The notes below the pieces were generated by a model. That model was not told where the DNA came from, ran no database searches, and saw only the letters and a list, made by a program, of their open reading frames with translations. DNA of 64,000 nucleotides from Myxococcota bacterium (lineage in GTDB: Bacteria; Myxococcota_A; Polyangia; Polyangiales; Houyiibacteriaceae): positions 2,433 through 66,432 of the forward strand of contig JBCDAA010000001.1 of assembly GCA_039186435.1 (NCBI GenBank), given 5' to 3'. How positions within the stretch are numbered: position 1 is the first letter of the stretch; every line of letters begins with the position of its first letter. Positions 54,785 to 63,476 of this stretch are shown in pieces. The position numbers were made by a program, and so were the translations under genes.

Positions 54785-56857
54785 GTGTCTCGCCTTCCTT
54801 CCGAACCCCATCGCGCTAACGTACCCGCCGTGGAGACGGGTCGGGACCCTCTGATCGGGCGGCGCCTCGGGGTGTACGAGGTGGAGCGGCGGCTGAGCAC
54901 CGGCGGCTTCGGTGCGGTGTATGCCGCGCGCCATATTCGGACCGGTCGAAAGTACGCCCTCAAAGTGTTGCGACCCGATCGCGCCATCGTGTCCCCGGAC
55001 GCGCGGACGCGTTTTCGGCGCGAAGCGGATGCCCTCGGTGCGCTTGGGCACGCAGGCATCGTTGCGATCCACGACTACGCACGCGAGGACGGGATCGACT
55101 ACCTCGTCATGGATCTTCTCGACGGAGAGGATCTCGCGGCGCGGATCGAACGACGCGGACGCCTCCCGATGGAGGAAGCATTCACGCTCGTCGCCGGGAT
55201 GGTGGATGCCCTCGACGCAGCGCATCGCGCGAAGATCGTCCACCGTGATCTGAAGCCGGCGAATATATTTCTTGCGCACACGCCCGGTGAGGGTGAACGA
55301 CCCGTTCTTCTCGACTTTGGGCTTGCGAAGGACACCAGCGGAAACGCGCAGAGTCTCACGGCCTCGGGCGAGACGCTGGGAACGCCGGCGTACATGGCGC
55401 CCGAGCAGGCGTCGGCGTCGCATGTCGACGAGCGAACCGACGTGTACGCGCTCGGGGCGGTCGTCTACGAAATGCTCGCTGGGGTCGCGCCTTTCGAGGG
55501 CAATGCGACCTCGGTGCTTCTGCAGGTGATGACGACGCCTCCGCGGCCTTTGCGCGAGCTCGTCGACGTTCCGGATCACGTGGCGGCCGCGGTGCATCGC
55601 GCGCTCGAAAAGGATCCGGGGGACCGCTTTCCGAGCGTACTGGCGTTTCGCGATGCCCTCTTTCGCCGCGGGGTTGAGGTGCCGCCGACCCGGCCGATGC
55701 CGGCGCCGGTGATCGAGAGTGGCGCGCCGCAGAGCGCGGTTGGTGCGCGGAGCACGGGGTCTTCGTTTCGCCGGGGGCTGCCAGTGGGGCTTGCGCTCGG
55801 CGCGGTGGCGGTCGTCGCGGGTGTGCTCTGGGTGACGACTTCGCCGGAACCGGAGCCCGTGGCGATGAATGCGGCGGCGCCGACTCTCGTCGACGGAGAG
55901 AACGTGGAGACTTCCGAGACAGAGACCTCGGTCGAAAGCGCCGAGACGGAGTCCGCAGAGACGGAGTCCGCGGAGACGGAGTCCGCCGAGTCCCTGGAGA
56001 GCGCGGAAACCGAAAGCGCCGAGACTGAAGCCGTCGCGGAACCGACCGTTGAGACGATGCGCACGGCGAGGCCAACGATGCGGCGCCGGGTCGCCATGAC
56101 GTCCATGGTCGGCGCGCCTCCCCCGGAGCCGGTGGACGTTGCAAGCGCGCGACCGCAACCGACGCGCGTCGAAGCGCCGAGCGAGCGTTCCACGCCTCCG
56201 AGCGATAGCGAGGGCGACGCGACCCGACGCGCCGAACTCCGCCAGCTTCGGGGACTCCTCGCGACGGTTAACCAGATGCGCCAAGGCCTTCAGGTGCTTC
56301 AGCGAGGTCAGGAGCCTTCCTTTTGTCGCGGCCAACGTCGACGTGCCGCCGGTGGCTCCCAGCTCGTTGTGAGCGAGGGCCAGCGGCTCGATCGGCTGAG
56401 GCGGCGGGCGTGCGAACCCTTCGAGGCTGCGCGGGAGCCGGATTCCGAGGTGCGCGGACTCTATCGCCGCTTTCCCGACACCCTTGACCGTTCGCAGCGA
56501 ATGGCGCGCGAGAACTCCTCGACGAATCAGCCTCGGGCGATCGCAGAGCAGATCGACGCGGCGATCGATCGTGCGCGAACGGCGTTTGGTGGCGTCGAAG
56601 AAGGGCGGCGTCCCTTCCCGTGCGACAACCCGGTGTGGTCGGAGCTTCGACGCCTGAGTACTTCCGAGAACAACTGGGCGGGGACGGCCGCGCGACGCGT
56701 TACCCAGGCGCAGTCGCGTATCTGCCAGCGGCTCGGGCTCGGCCGAACGCGGCTTTCCGGCGTGGCGCGCACCGCGGATACCGATCTTGATGACGTGGAG
56801 GGCAGCGTCCGAGCGGCGATTCGACCCCTCGAAGCGTATCTAGGAGAACAGGGATGA
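54785..56857 (+). CDS. Hanks-type Ser/Thr protein kinase with a TM helix, acidic repeat linker and extracytoplasmic C-terminal domain
   Basis: GGFGAVYAA...YALKVL (VAIK-type Lys), HRDLKPANIFL, DFGLAKD, GTPAYMAPEQ. TM helix GLALGAVAVVAGVLWV. Confidence 0.92.
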   Translation: MSRLPSEPHRANVPAVETGRDPLIGRRLGVYEVERRLSTGGFGAVYAARHIRTGRKYALKVLRPDRAIVSPDARTRFRREADALGALGHAGIVAIHDYAREDGIDYLVMDLLDGEDLAARIERRGRLPMEEAFTLVAGMVDALDAAHRAKIVHRDLKPANIFLAHTPGEGERPVLLDFGLAKDTSGNAQSLTASGETLGTPAYMAPEQASASHVDERTDVYALGAVVYEMLAGVAPFEGNATSVLLQVMTTPPRPLRELVDVPDHVAAAVHRALEKDPGDRFPSVLAFRDALFRRGVEVPPTRPMPAPVIESGAPQSAVGARSTGSSFRRGLPVGLALGAVAVVAGVLWVTTSPEPEPVAMNAAAPTLVDGENVETSETETSVESAETESAETESAETESAESLESAETESAETEAVAEPTVETMRTARPTMRRRVAMTSMVGAPPPEPVDVASARPQPTRVEAPSERSTPPSDSEGDATRRAELRQLRGLLATVNQMRQGLQVLQRGQEPSFCRGQRRRAAGGSQLVVSEGQRLDRLRRRACEPFEAAREPDSEVRGLYRRFPDTLDRSQRMARENSSTNQPRAIAEQIDAAIDRARTAFGGVEEGRRPFPCDNPVWSELRRLSTSENNWAGTAARRVTQAQSRICQRLGLGRTRLSGVARTADTDLDDVEGSVRAAIRPLEAYLGEQG
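55940..55993. repeat. 15-bp tandem repeat (GCNGAGACGGAGTCC, 3.6 copies) inside the kinase gene
   Basis: Copies at 55940, 55955, 55970 and a partial copy at 55985. Encodes AETES repeats. The core sequence differs from the GTCCGAGGTGC family. Confidence 0.8.
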
Positions 56858-58011
56858 ACGGTCGATTCTGCGTCGCGCTTCTCGTGGCGGCGCACACGCT
56901 TCCGGTGGCGCGCTCGGAGGCACAAGAGGTGACCTGCACCGTCGAGCAGCGCGCGTGCGATCAGGAAGACGCGGCGTTCACCCGGCAGATGCGGCGCCTA
57001 AGTGAAGCTCACGCGGACGTACGTCCCGCGTTTGAATCCCTTCGACTCCGACGTCTCGCTGCGTGCCACGACTACAATGTTTGTGGGGCGACCGGGATCG
57101 AGCTTCAACGGATTCGCCTTTGGAGTGAGGGGGAGCTCGAGGCGTTTCGCTCCGTGGCGGCGAACCCTGCGAGCCGAACGGTTTGGGCGCGCGGCCTTGG
57201 AAGTCGTTTCGCCTTTGTCGTGGCGGCAGGCGTGCAGACCTCGCAGGTGACGCCTCCGCGGCCGGTCGCGACGCCTCAGGTACGCCAGGCGATTTCGCAG
57301 ATGGAAAACGACATCGAAAGTCTGGAGGGACTTCAGCCGATTTTGCCCCGCATTCGCGATGGGCTGACGTCGCGGCGGGGGCGTCTTCCCTCCGCGTGCT
57401 CGGAGGAGATACGCAACGACCTTCGTGCTGTGGTTCGCCTTGGCGGAACGGCGGCGAGCGAAGCTCGTGGACTCCGTGGCGACCTCGACCGTTACTGCCG
57501 ACGCTTTGAGCTTCACCTCCAGCCGGACGAAGCCCACCAGAACCGAATGCGTCGTTTTGTGACGACCCTGACGCGCATCGACGGCTACATCGCGGACATC
57601 CGGCGGTGTGCGGATCCTGGGCCCTATACGGGCCGCTGCCGAAACGCGTATGGCGATCAGACCTCGAACCTCATTCGGGAGCTCCGTCAGGCGGATCGGA
57701 TCATGCGCGACGTGCGCCGCGCCGTGGGCAACATTCCGGAGACGACCTTTCCCTGCAACCACCGAATCTGGCGGCGCGTGGAGGAGAGCGAGTGGCTCCA
57801 CAGCACGCTCCGGGCGCAGATTCCCGGGCTGTCGCGCAGCGCAAAACGGCTCTGTGAGGCGATCGGGATCGACGACGAAGAAGTGAACGAGCAGAAGACG
57901 CGAATTCTCAACACCGTGGAACAACGGACGGCGCGCACGCGAGACATGCTGCGTTCGCGTCGGGAGTCTGTGGCGTCGATGCGTCGCAACTTCGGCCTCG
58001 AAGACGAATGA
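56854..58011 (+). CDS. Secreted hypothetical protein, helical with conserved Cys pairs
   Basis: ATGA overlap with the kinase stop. Signal peptide MNGRFCVALLVAAHTLPVARSEA. The C-terminal segment resembles the kinase ectodomain (FPC...W...C..(I/L)G(I/L)). Confidence 0.55.
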   Translation: MNGRFCVALLVAAHTLPVARSEAQEVTCTVEQRACDQEDAAFTRQMRRLSEAHADVRPAFESLRLRRLAACHDYNVCGATGIELQRIRLWSEGELEAFRSVAANPASRTVWARGLGSRFAFVVAAGVQTSQVTPPRPVATPQVRQAISQMENDIESLEGLQPILPRIRDGLTSRRGRLPSACSEEIRNDLRAVVRLGGTAASEARGLRGDLDRYCRRFELHLQPDEAHQNRMRRFVTTLTRIDGYIADIRRCADPGPYTGRCRNAYGDQTSNLIRELRQADRIMRDVRRAVGNIPETTFPCNHRIWRRVEESEWLHSTLRAQIPGLSRSAKRLCEAIGIDDEEVNEQKTRILNTVEQRTARTRDMLRSRRESVASMRRNFGLEDE

Positions 58012-58370
58012 ACGCGGTCTTCAATCACAGTCAGGTCTTTGCGGTCCCTGCCGCCGAGCTCTTCGACGCCATGGTCTCACGCTTCGCGGAATGGTGGGGC
58101 GAGGAAGCGTCGCTCGATCCGAGCGTGGGTGGCCGTGTGTTGAGCCAGGTGGATGGAGAGCGGGAAGAGGGCGTCGTCAAGAAGTTCGAAGCGCCGATGA
58201 AGCTCTCGATCGAGCTCGGCGAGACGCTGGCGATGATGATCCTGCAAGAGTCCCCCGAGGGAACGACGCTTCAGCTTTTGCACACCCGCTTTGCATCGGG
58301 CGACGACCGCGATCGCTACGCCCCGAACTGGGAAGCGCGGCTTGCGCGCCTTGCGACGCTCGTTGCGTAG
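58008..58370 (+). CDS. SRPBCC / AHSA1-like small protein
   Basis: 120 aa. ATGA overlap with the upstream gene. Pattern F.AP..ELFDA......WWG...., typical of Aha1/SRPBCC-domain proteins. Confidence 0.6.
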   Translation: MNAVFNHSQVFAVPAAELFDAMVSRFAEWWGEEASLDPSVGGRVLSQVDGEREEGVVKKFEAPMKLSIELGETLAMMILQESPEGTTLQLLHTRFASGDDRDRYAPNWEARLARLATLVA

Positions 58371-58387
58371 CGCGCGCGTAGCCGTGA

Positions 58388-60079
58388 TCAGCCGTCGGTG
58401 ATGCACCCCGTGGAGGCGGAGCTCACCAGCTTCGTGTACTTCGCGAGACGTCCGCGTGTTGTCTTGGGTGCGGGCGCGGTCCACTTCGCCCGCCGCGCGT
58501 TGAGTTCGTCGCGATCGACGTGAAGGTCGAGGGTGCGTTTCTCCGCGTCGATTTCGATGCGGTCTCCGTCTTGCACGAGCGCCAAGGGACCGCCCGCGGC
58601 GGCTTCGGGAGTGATGTGGCCAACGATGAACCCGTGCGAGCCGCCACTGAAGCGACCGTCGGTGATCAGGGCCACGTCGCTCCCGAGTCCGGCGCCCATG
58701 ATGGTGGCCGTCGGAGCGAGCATTTCCGGCATTCCCGGACCGCCCTTCGGACCTTCGTTTCGAATCACGACCACGTGGCCCGCCCGAACGGCGCCCTCTT
58801 TGACGGCCTCGAGCATGGCTTCCTCGCCGTCGAAGACGATGGCGCTGCCCTCGAAACGGAGACCTTCCTTGCCGGTGATTTTTGCGACGGCGCCTTCGGG
58901 GGCGAGGCTTCCCTGGAGGACGGTGAGGTGGCCGGTGTCTTTGATCGGCGTGGCGACGGGCCGAATCACGTCCTGTCCATCGGCGAGTCCCGGAAGCGCC
59001 GCGAGGTTTTCGGCGAGGGTTCGCCCGGTGATGGTCCGCTGCGCCCCGTCGAGAAACCCTTCGCGCAGGAGCAGCTTCATCACCGCGGGCGTTCCGCCGA
59101 CGCGGTGGAGGTCTTCCATCACGTAGCGGCCGCTGGGTTTGAGGTCGGCAAGGAGCGGCACCTTGCTGCTGATGCGCTGAAAGTCGCTGAGTTCAAGCGG
59201 CAGGTCGAACGCATGCGCGATTGCGAGAAGATGAAGCACCGCGTTGGTGGATCCGCCGAGCGCGACGACGACGGTGATCGCGTTTTCGAGACTCTCTGCG
59301 GTGACGATGTCGCGGGGGCGCAGGTTGGAGGCGAGGAGGCTCTTCGCGACCCGCGCGGCCTCCTTAAGCTCCCCGTCTTTGCGAGGATCTTCCGCAGGGA
59401 TCGACGACGAATAGGGGAGGGTGAGACCGAGCGCCTCGATCGCGCAGGCCATCGTGTTGGCGGTGTACATCCCTCCGCAGGCCCCCGGGCCGGGGCAGGC
59501 GTTTTCGACGATGTCCTGCCGCGTCTCCTCGTCGATGCGGCCGGCGATGGCCTCGCCGTAGCTCTGAAACGCGCTGACGATGTCGAGTTTGTGTTTCGTG
59601 CCCGCCGCGTCGGTACGGATTCCAGCGCGAATGGTTCCGCCGTAAATCATGAGGCTCGGGCGGTTGAGGCGGCCCATCGCCATCACGCAACCGGGCATGT
59701 TTTTGTCGCAGCCGGCGATGGCGATCATCGCGTCGTAGTGCTGCGCGCCCATGACCGTTTCGATGGAATCGGCGATGAGGTCCCGGGACGGTAGCGAGTA
59801 GCTCATCCCGGAGGTGCCCATCGAGATCCCGTCGGAGACGCCCACGGTGTGAAAGCGAAAGGCGACAAGATCTTGTTCGCGGGTGGCGCCCTGCACCACT
59901 CCTGCGAAGTCCCCGAGGTGCATATTGCACGGGTTGCCGTCCCACCAGACGCTCGCGATCCCAACCTGAGCCTTGTCGAGATCGTCCTTGGAAAGGCCCG
60001 CCGCGTGGAGCATCGCTTGGGCCGCGCCGTGAGAGGCGTCCTGCGTGATCGTTCGGCTGTGTCGGTTGAGCTTCGCCAT
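58388..60079 (-). CDS. ilvD: Dihydroxy-acid dehydratase
   Basis: 563 aa. [45 protein letters not shown]. Full-length IlvD/Edd family. Confidence 0.95.
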   Translation of the reverse strand: MAKLNRHSRTITQDASHGAAQAMLHAAGLSKDDLDKAQVGIASVWWDGNPCNMHLGDFAGVVQGATREQDLVAFRFHTVGVSDGISMGTSGMSYSLPSRDLIADSIETVMGAQHYDAMIAIAGCDKNMPGCVMAMGRLNRPSLMIYGGTIRAGIRTDAAGTKHKLDIVSAFQSYGEAIAGRIDEETRQDIVENACPGPGACGGMYTANTMACAIEALGLTLPYSSSIPAEDPRKDGELKEAARVAKSLLASNLRPRDIVTAESLENAITVVVALGGSTNAVLHLLAIAHAFDLPLELSDFQRISSKVPLLADLKPSGRYVMEDLHRVGGTPAVMKLLLREGFLDGAQRTITGRTLAENLAALPGLADGQDVIRPVATPIKDTGHLTVLQGSLAPEGAVAKITGKEGLRFEGSAIVFDGEEAMLEAVKEGAVRAGHVVVIRNEGPKGGPGMPEMLAPTATIMGAGLGSDVALITDGRFSGGSHGFIVGHITPEAAAGGPLALVQDGDRIEIDAEKRTLDLHVDRDELNARRAKWTAPAPKTTRGRLAKYTKLVSSASTGCITDG

Positions 60080-60124
60080 CGCGTGACTATGCGCTGACGT
60101 GTCGCTGTCGGCTAGCGGTCGGCC

Positions 60125-61408
60125 TCAGCAGCCGGAGCCAGCGACCATTCGGGCGTCCCGGTTGTTCCATCCCACCGCGCTTCGCGCCGGATGGAGCCAA
60201 CCAAGAATGCGACCTGCGAGAGACCCCTCCCGAGCCGGGAAGGTCCCCGACCGAAGGTCGAATACAGCGCGTCCTGCGTCGCGAAACAACACCACGAGGT
60301 TCTCGGTGGCATCCAAGGGTGCGATGGTGCAGTCGAGGGTGATCCGCGTATCGGGCAGCTCGAAGTCCTGTACGGCTCCGGAGACACGGACATGTCGGAT
60401 CGGACCATCCATGCAGAAGAGGAACGCGGAGCCCGCCTCGGTGATTTGAAAGCTCGGCCGTGCGCAGTCGCGGACCACGGTGTTGGTACCGGTCGAGCGA
60501 ATCTGCTCGAAGGTCGCGATGGAGCTCATGGGCGTGGAGTCACCACGCGCGAGCCAAACGTCCCCGTTTCCAGGGAGCCCGGCGATCCACGCGGGGGCTT
60601 CGACCTCGCGGACCAGCGACGAAAGCGGTCTGCCTTCCAGGGAACATCGGCCCGCGTGCAAGACCCGCTGTCCTGCAACCGACGCAAAGTCTGTGAGGCC
60701 GCAGGGGACGCTCCCGTCGCTCGCCTGGGGTGCACCGAGGGCAAGGAGGCGGTCGAGCTCGGGGCCGACGCGGTTTCCCTCCGCATCGACGAGGCCGCGC
60801 CGGAGATCGCGCACCGTCGTTGAGAAGAGTCCCGCCGCGGTCTCTCGGACCCTCGAGCGATCGCTCAACACGACGGCTCGTTCCGCGCCTACCAACACTG
60901 AAGTGACGTCGAAGAGTCCATCTTCGGCGGGGGTCAAACAGGCAACGACGACCTGTTCCCCGCTCCGTGACCATTCAAACTCCGAGAACCTTCCGTCGCA
61001 CCGAAATCCTGCGGTCGCTTCTGCGCGCGACAGCACTTCGAAGCGTTCATTGGTGTCGATGTCGAAGGCGAAGACTTCGTCCAGGGTTTGCGTACGCTCG
61101 CCGAAGTCCTCGTAGGCGACCACGATCAAACGACGCCTCTCCAGATGGCCGGTCGCGAAGACGCGTGCGCTGTCGGAGATGTCGAAGCGCAGGAGCACGC
61201 GCGAGGCACCGAGGAGGTCGCTTGCGAAAATTGTCGCTTCGTCGCCGTCCTGGTCGACGAGGAGAAGCTCGGCCGCGGACGGTGTTTCACCTGAGTCTGG
61301 GATGGCGCCGTCGACTCTGTCGCCCGCGCCTCCATCCACGGCGTCGCGCTGCTGGCTTTTGGGGCATCCTGCGAGAGCCAACGCAAGAAGAATGGCGCAC
61401 CGTTTCAT
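60125..61408 (-). CDS. Hypothetical lipoprotein
   Basis: MKRCAILLALALAGC lipobox (start set to ATG 61408). Beta-rich; no family recognised. Confidence 0.55.
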   Translation of the reverse strand: MKRCAILLALALAGCPKSQQRDAVDGGAGDRVDGAIPDSGETPSAAELLLVDQDGDEATIFASDLLGASRVLLRFDISDSARVFATGHLERRRLIVVAYEDFGERTQTLDEVFAFDIDTNERFEVLSRAEATAGFRCDGRFSEFEWSRSGEQVVVACLTPAEDGLFDVTSVLVGAERAVVLSDRSRVRETAAGLFSTTVRDLRRGLVDAEGNRVGPELDRLLALGAPQASDGSVPCGLTDFASVAGQRVLHAGRCSLEGRPLSSLVREVEAPAWIAGLPGNGDVWLARGDSTPMSSIATFEQIRSTGTNTVVRDCARPSFQITEAGSAFLFCMDGPIRHVRVSGAVQDFELPDTRITLDCTIAPLDATENLVVLFRDAGRAVFDLRSGTFPAREGSLAGRILGWLHPARSAVGWNNRDARMVAGSGC

Positions 61409-61465
61409 CGGTCTCCGCTCCATCGATCGACGCGGGAACGTCCCCGCCTCAAGCGGTTTGCAGGT

Positions 61466-62251
61466 TCAGAACGGGTTCGCGGGAACCGGGCCTTCCGGTT
61501 CGACGGCGGGCTCGGGTGCCGGCGCCGTTGCGGCTGGACGCGCTGCACGACGAACGGGCGCGAGCTCCGCGGTCACGGCGTGGCGACGGTCGTCGCCGAA
61601 CTCCGCGGCGTTGAGGGTCGCGCGAAACGTTCGAAAGCCGCGCTGGCTGACCACCACTTCGACGTCTTCCGCGAGCTCCGCACCGAGGTCGATTTCGGCA
61701 GCGTTCTCCGGCGTCTCGCCGTTGACGGTCACGGTCGCGCCCTCCGGCGCTTCCACCGCGAGCTGGTACGCGGCGGCTTCGAGCGTGAGAGCCAACGGTT
61801 CGGCGCCCGTGACGGGGGTGAAGGTGTGCGCCAGCGTGACGAAGCCGTCCATTTCGAGGTGGAGCTCGGCCTCTTCGTCGGCCGTAAGCTCAACGTCACA
61901 CGGCGTGGTGCAGAGCGTTTCGTCCCCACGCTTCACCGCGGCGCCCTCGGGCGTGCTGTGAACGGCGACGGTCACCTTTACTTCCTCTGCCGCGGGAGGT
62001 GCCGCTTCGGCTTCCGCCTCGTGATTGGCCGCCGCAGAAAGGGCGGGCATCGCTACGAGCGCGAACGCCGCGATGATCACGCCGGCGATCGGAAGGAAAA
62101 AAGACCGCGGCTCCGGGGGAGCGGGAGGTCGCTGAGGGAGCTTTGCCTTGGCCACGATGCCTGAGATGCCGCCGGGGAGTGACACGACCGTGACGCCGAA
62201 GTGCCGATTCGCTGCCGGCTGACCTCCTCCCTCGATGACTCGCAGCTCCAT
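61466..62251 (-). CDS. Single-pass membrane protein with two PEGA domains
   Basis: Start set to ATG 62251 (MELRVIEGGG). TM helix FFLPIAGVIIAAFALVAMPAL. Literal PEGA motifs (HSTPEGAAVKRGD; VEAPEGATVTVNG). C-terminus ...PVPANPF. Confidence 0.65.
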   Translation of the reverse strand: MELRVIEGGGQPAANRHFGVTVVSLPGGISGIVAKAKLPQRPPAPPEPRSFFLPIAGVIIAAFALVAMPALSAAANHEAEAEAAPPAAEEVKVTVAVHSTPEGAAVKRGDETLCTTPCDVELTADEEAELHLEMDGFVTLAHTFTPVTGAEPLALTLEAAAYQLAVEAPEGATVTVNGETPENAAEIDLGAELAEDVEVVVSQRGFRTFRATLNAAEFGDDRRHAVTAELAPVRRAARPAATAPAPEPAVEPEGPVPANPF

Positions 62252-62426
62252 GTTACTTGTCTGTAACATTCGAGTTGCGCGGCTGTCACGCAACTGGCTG
62301 GAAAAATTCAAGCTCGAATGTCGATTTTGTTCGGTTTTCGTTGAAGCCCGGTCCGGTTGCTCCCAGTTCTCTGAACGAGTACAACTTTCAATAACTTTTG
62401 AAAGTAGTGCCGCTACCGGAGGAGCT
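62250..62426. promoter_or_regulatory. AT-rich divergent promoter region with short palindromes
   Basis: 7-bp inverted repeat ATGTTAC-N6-GTAACAT (62250-62269) overlapping the start of the minus-strand gene. Stem GTTGCG-N9-CGCAAC (62274-62294). ACTTT-TG-AAAGT near 62392-62403. GGAGG-like site just upstream of ATG 62427. Confidence 0.35.
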
Positions 62427-63476
62427 ATGTCCCTGATCGAAGCCGTTCGACACGGCGGATCCGACGTCCTTTCCTCGCTTCGCAACGTCTGTGACGATCG
62501 CGGACTGGACGCCCTGTCGAGGCGCCTCGCGGAACTGGGGGAGCTGCTCCAGGCCGACATGCGCGCGGTTGCCGACGGAATGAAAACGGTCCCGCGGGGA
62601 GACGCGCGCGTTCAAAAGGCGGCCCATCACCTGCTCGATCGCGGCGGCAAGAGGCTTCGTCCGATGTGCGTCGCGCTCGCGTCGCGAGTCGGCTCGGGCT
62701 TCGACGATGCCACCCAGGAGCTCGCGGTCTCCGTGGAGCTCGTCCACGCGGCCACCCTCCTTCACGACGACGTGGTCGATGTTGGGGACACGCGCCGAGG
62801 CGCGGCGGCGGCACGCATGGTCTACGGAAACGCCGCGTCGATCTTTGCCGGGGACTGGCTTCTCGTGGAAGCGCTTCGGCGAGTGCGGCGCGTGCGCGTG
62901 GCCGACACCCTCGACCGACTTCTCGACGTGATCGACGAGATGATCTTTGCGGAGTCTCTCCAGCTCGAAAACCGTGGGCGCGCGGACACCTCCATCGAAG
63001 ACTACTTTCGCGTCATCGACGGGAAGACGGCTGCGCTCTTTCGCTGGGCCTGCTTTGCCGGCGGTCGCGGCGGCGGGCTCGACGACGACGCGTGCCGGCG
63101 CCTCGAAGCCTACGGCGGTCATCTCGGTGTTGCCTTTCAGCTGGTGGACGACCTGCTCGACTACACGGGCACGCAGACCGGCAAGGATCTCTTTACGGAT
63201 CTGCGTGAAGGAAAGCTCACCCATCCGCTTCTTCTCGCGCGCGATCGCAACCCCCAAGTCCGCGCGATGCTCGAGGAGCTCGCGGCCTCGACCGCCCCCT
63301 CACCAACGCTTCATCGACGGCTCGTCGAAGCGGTGCAGCCGGTGCTGAAGGAAACACGCGACCTCGCGATTCGGGAAGCGGCGACGGCCCTCGCCGAAAT
63401 CGAAGAGCTGCCCGCCGGCAAGGGACGCGACGGACTGCGAACGGTCGCCCTCGCCACGGTGGAGCGCGAACGATGA
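62427..63476 (+). CDS. Trans-polyprenyl diphosphate synthase (chain length not assignable by eye)
   Basis: FARM LLHDDVVD and SARM LVDDLLDY. Small residues (A,T) at positions -5/-4 before the FARM argue against a short-chain FPP synthase. Start set to ATG 62427. Confidence 0.9.
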   Translation: MSLIEAVRHGGSDVLSSLRNVCDDRGLDALSRRLAELGELLQADMRAVADGMKTVPRGDARVQKAAHHLLDRGGKRLRPMCVALASRVGSGFDDATQELAVSVELVHAATLLHDDVVDVGDTRRGAAAARMVYGNAASIFAGDWLLVEALRRVRRVRVADTLDRLLDVIDEMIFAESLQLENRGRADTSIEDYFRVIDGKTAALFRWACFAGGRGGGLDDDACRRLEAYGGHLGVAFQLVDDLLDYTGTQTGKDLFTDLREGKLTHPLLLARDRNPQVRAMLEELAASTAPSPTLHRRLVEAVQPVLKETRDLAIREAATALAEIEELPAGKGRDGLRTVALATVERER

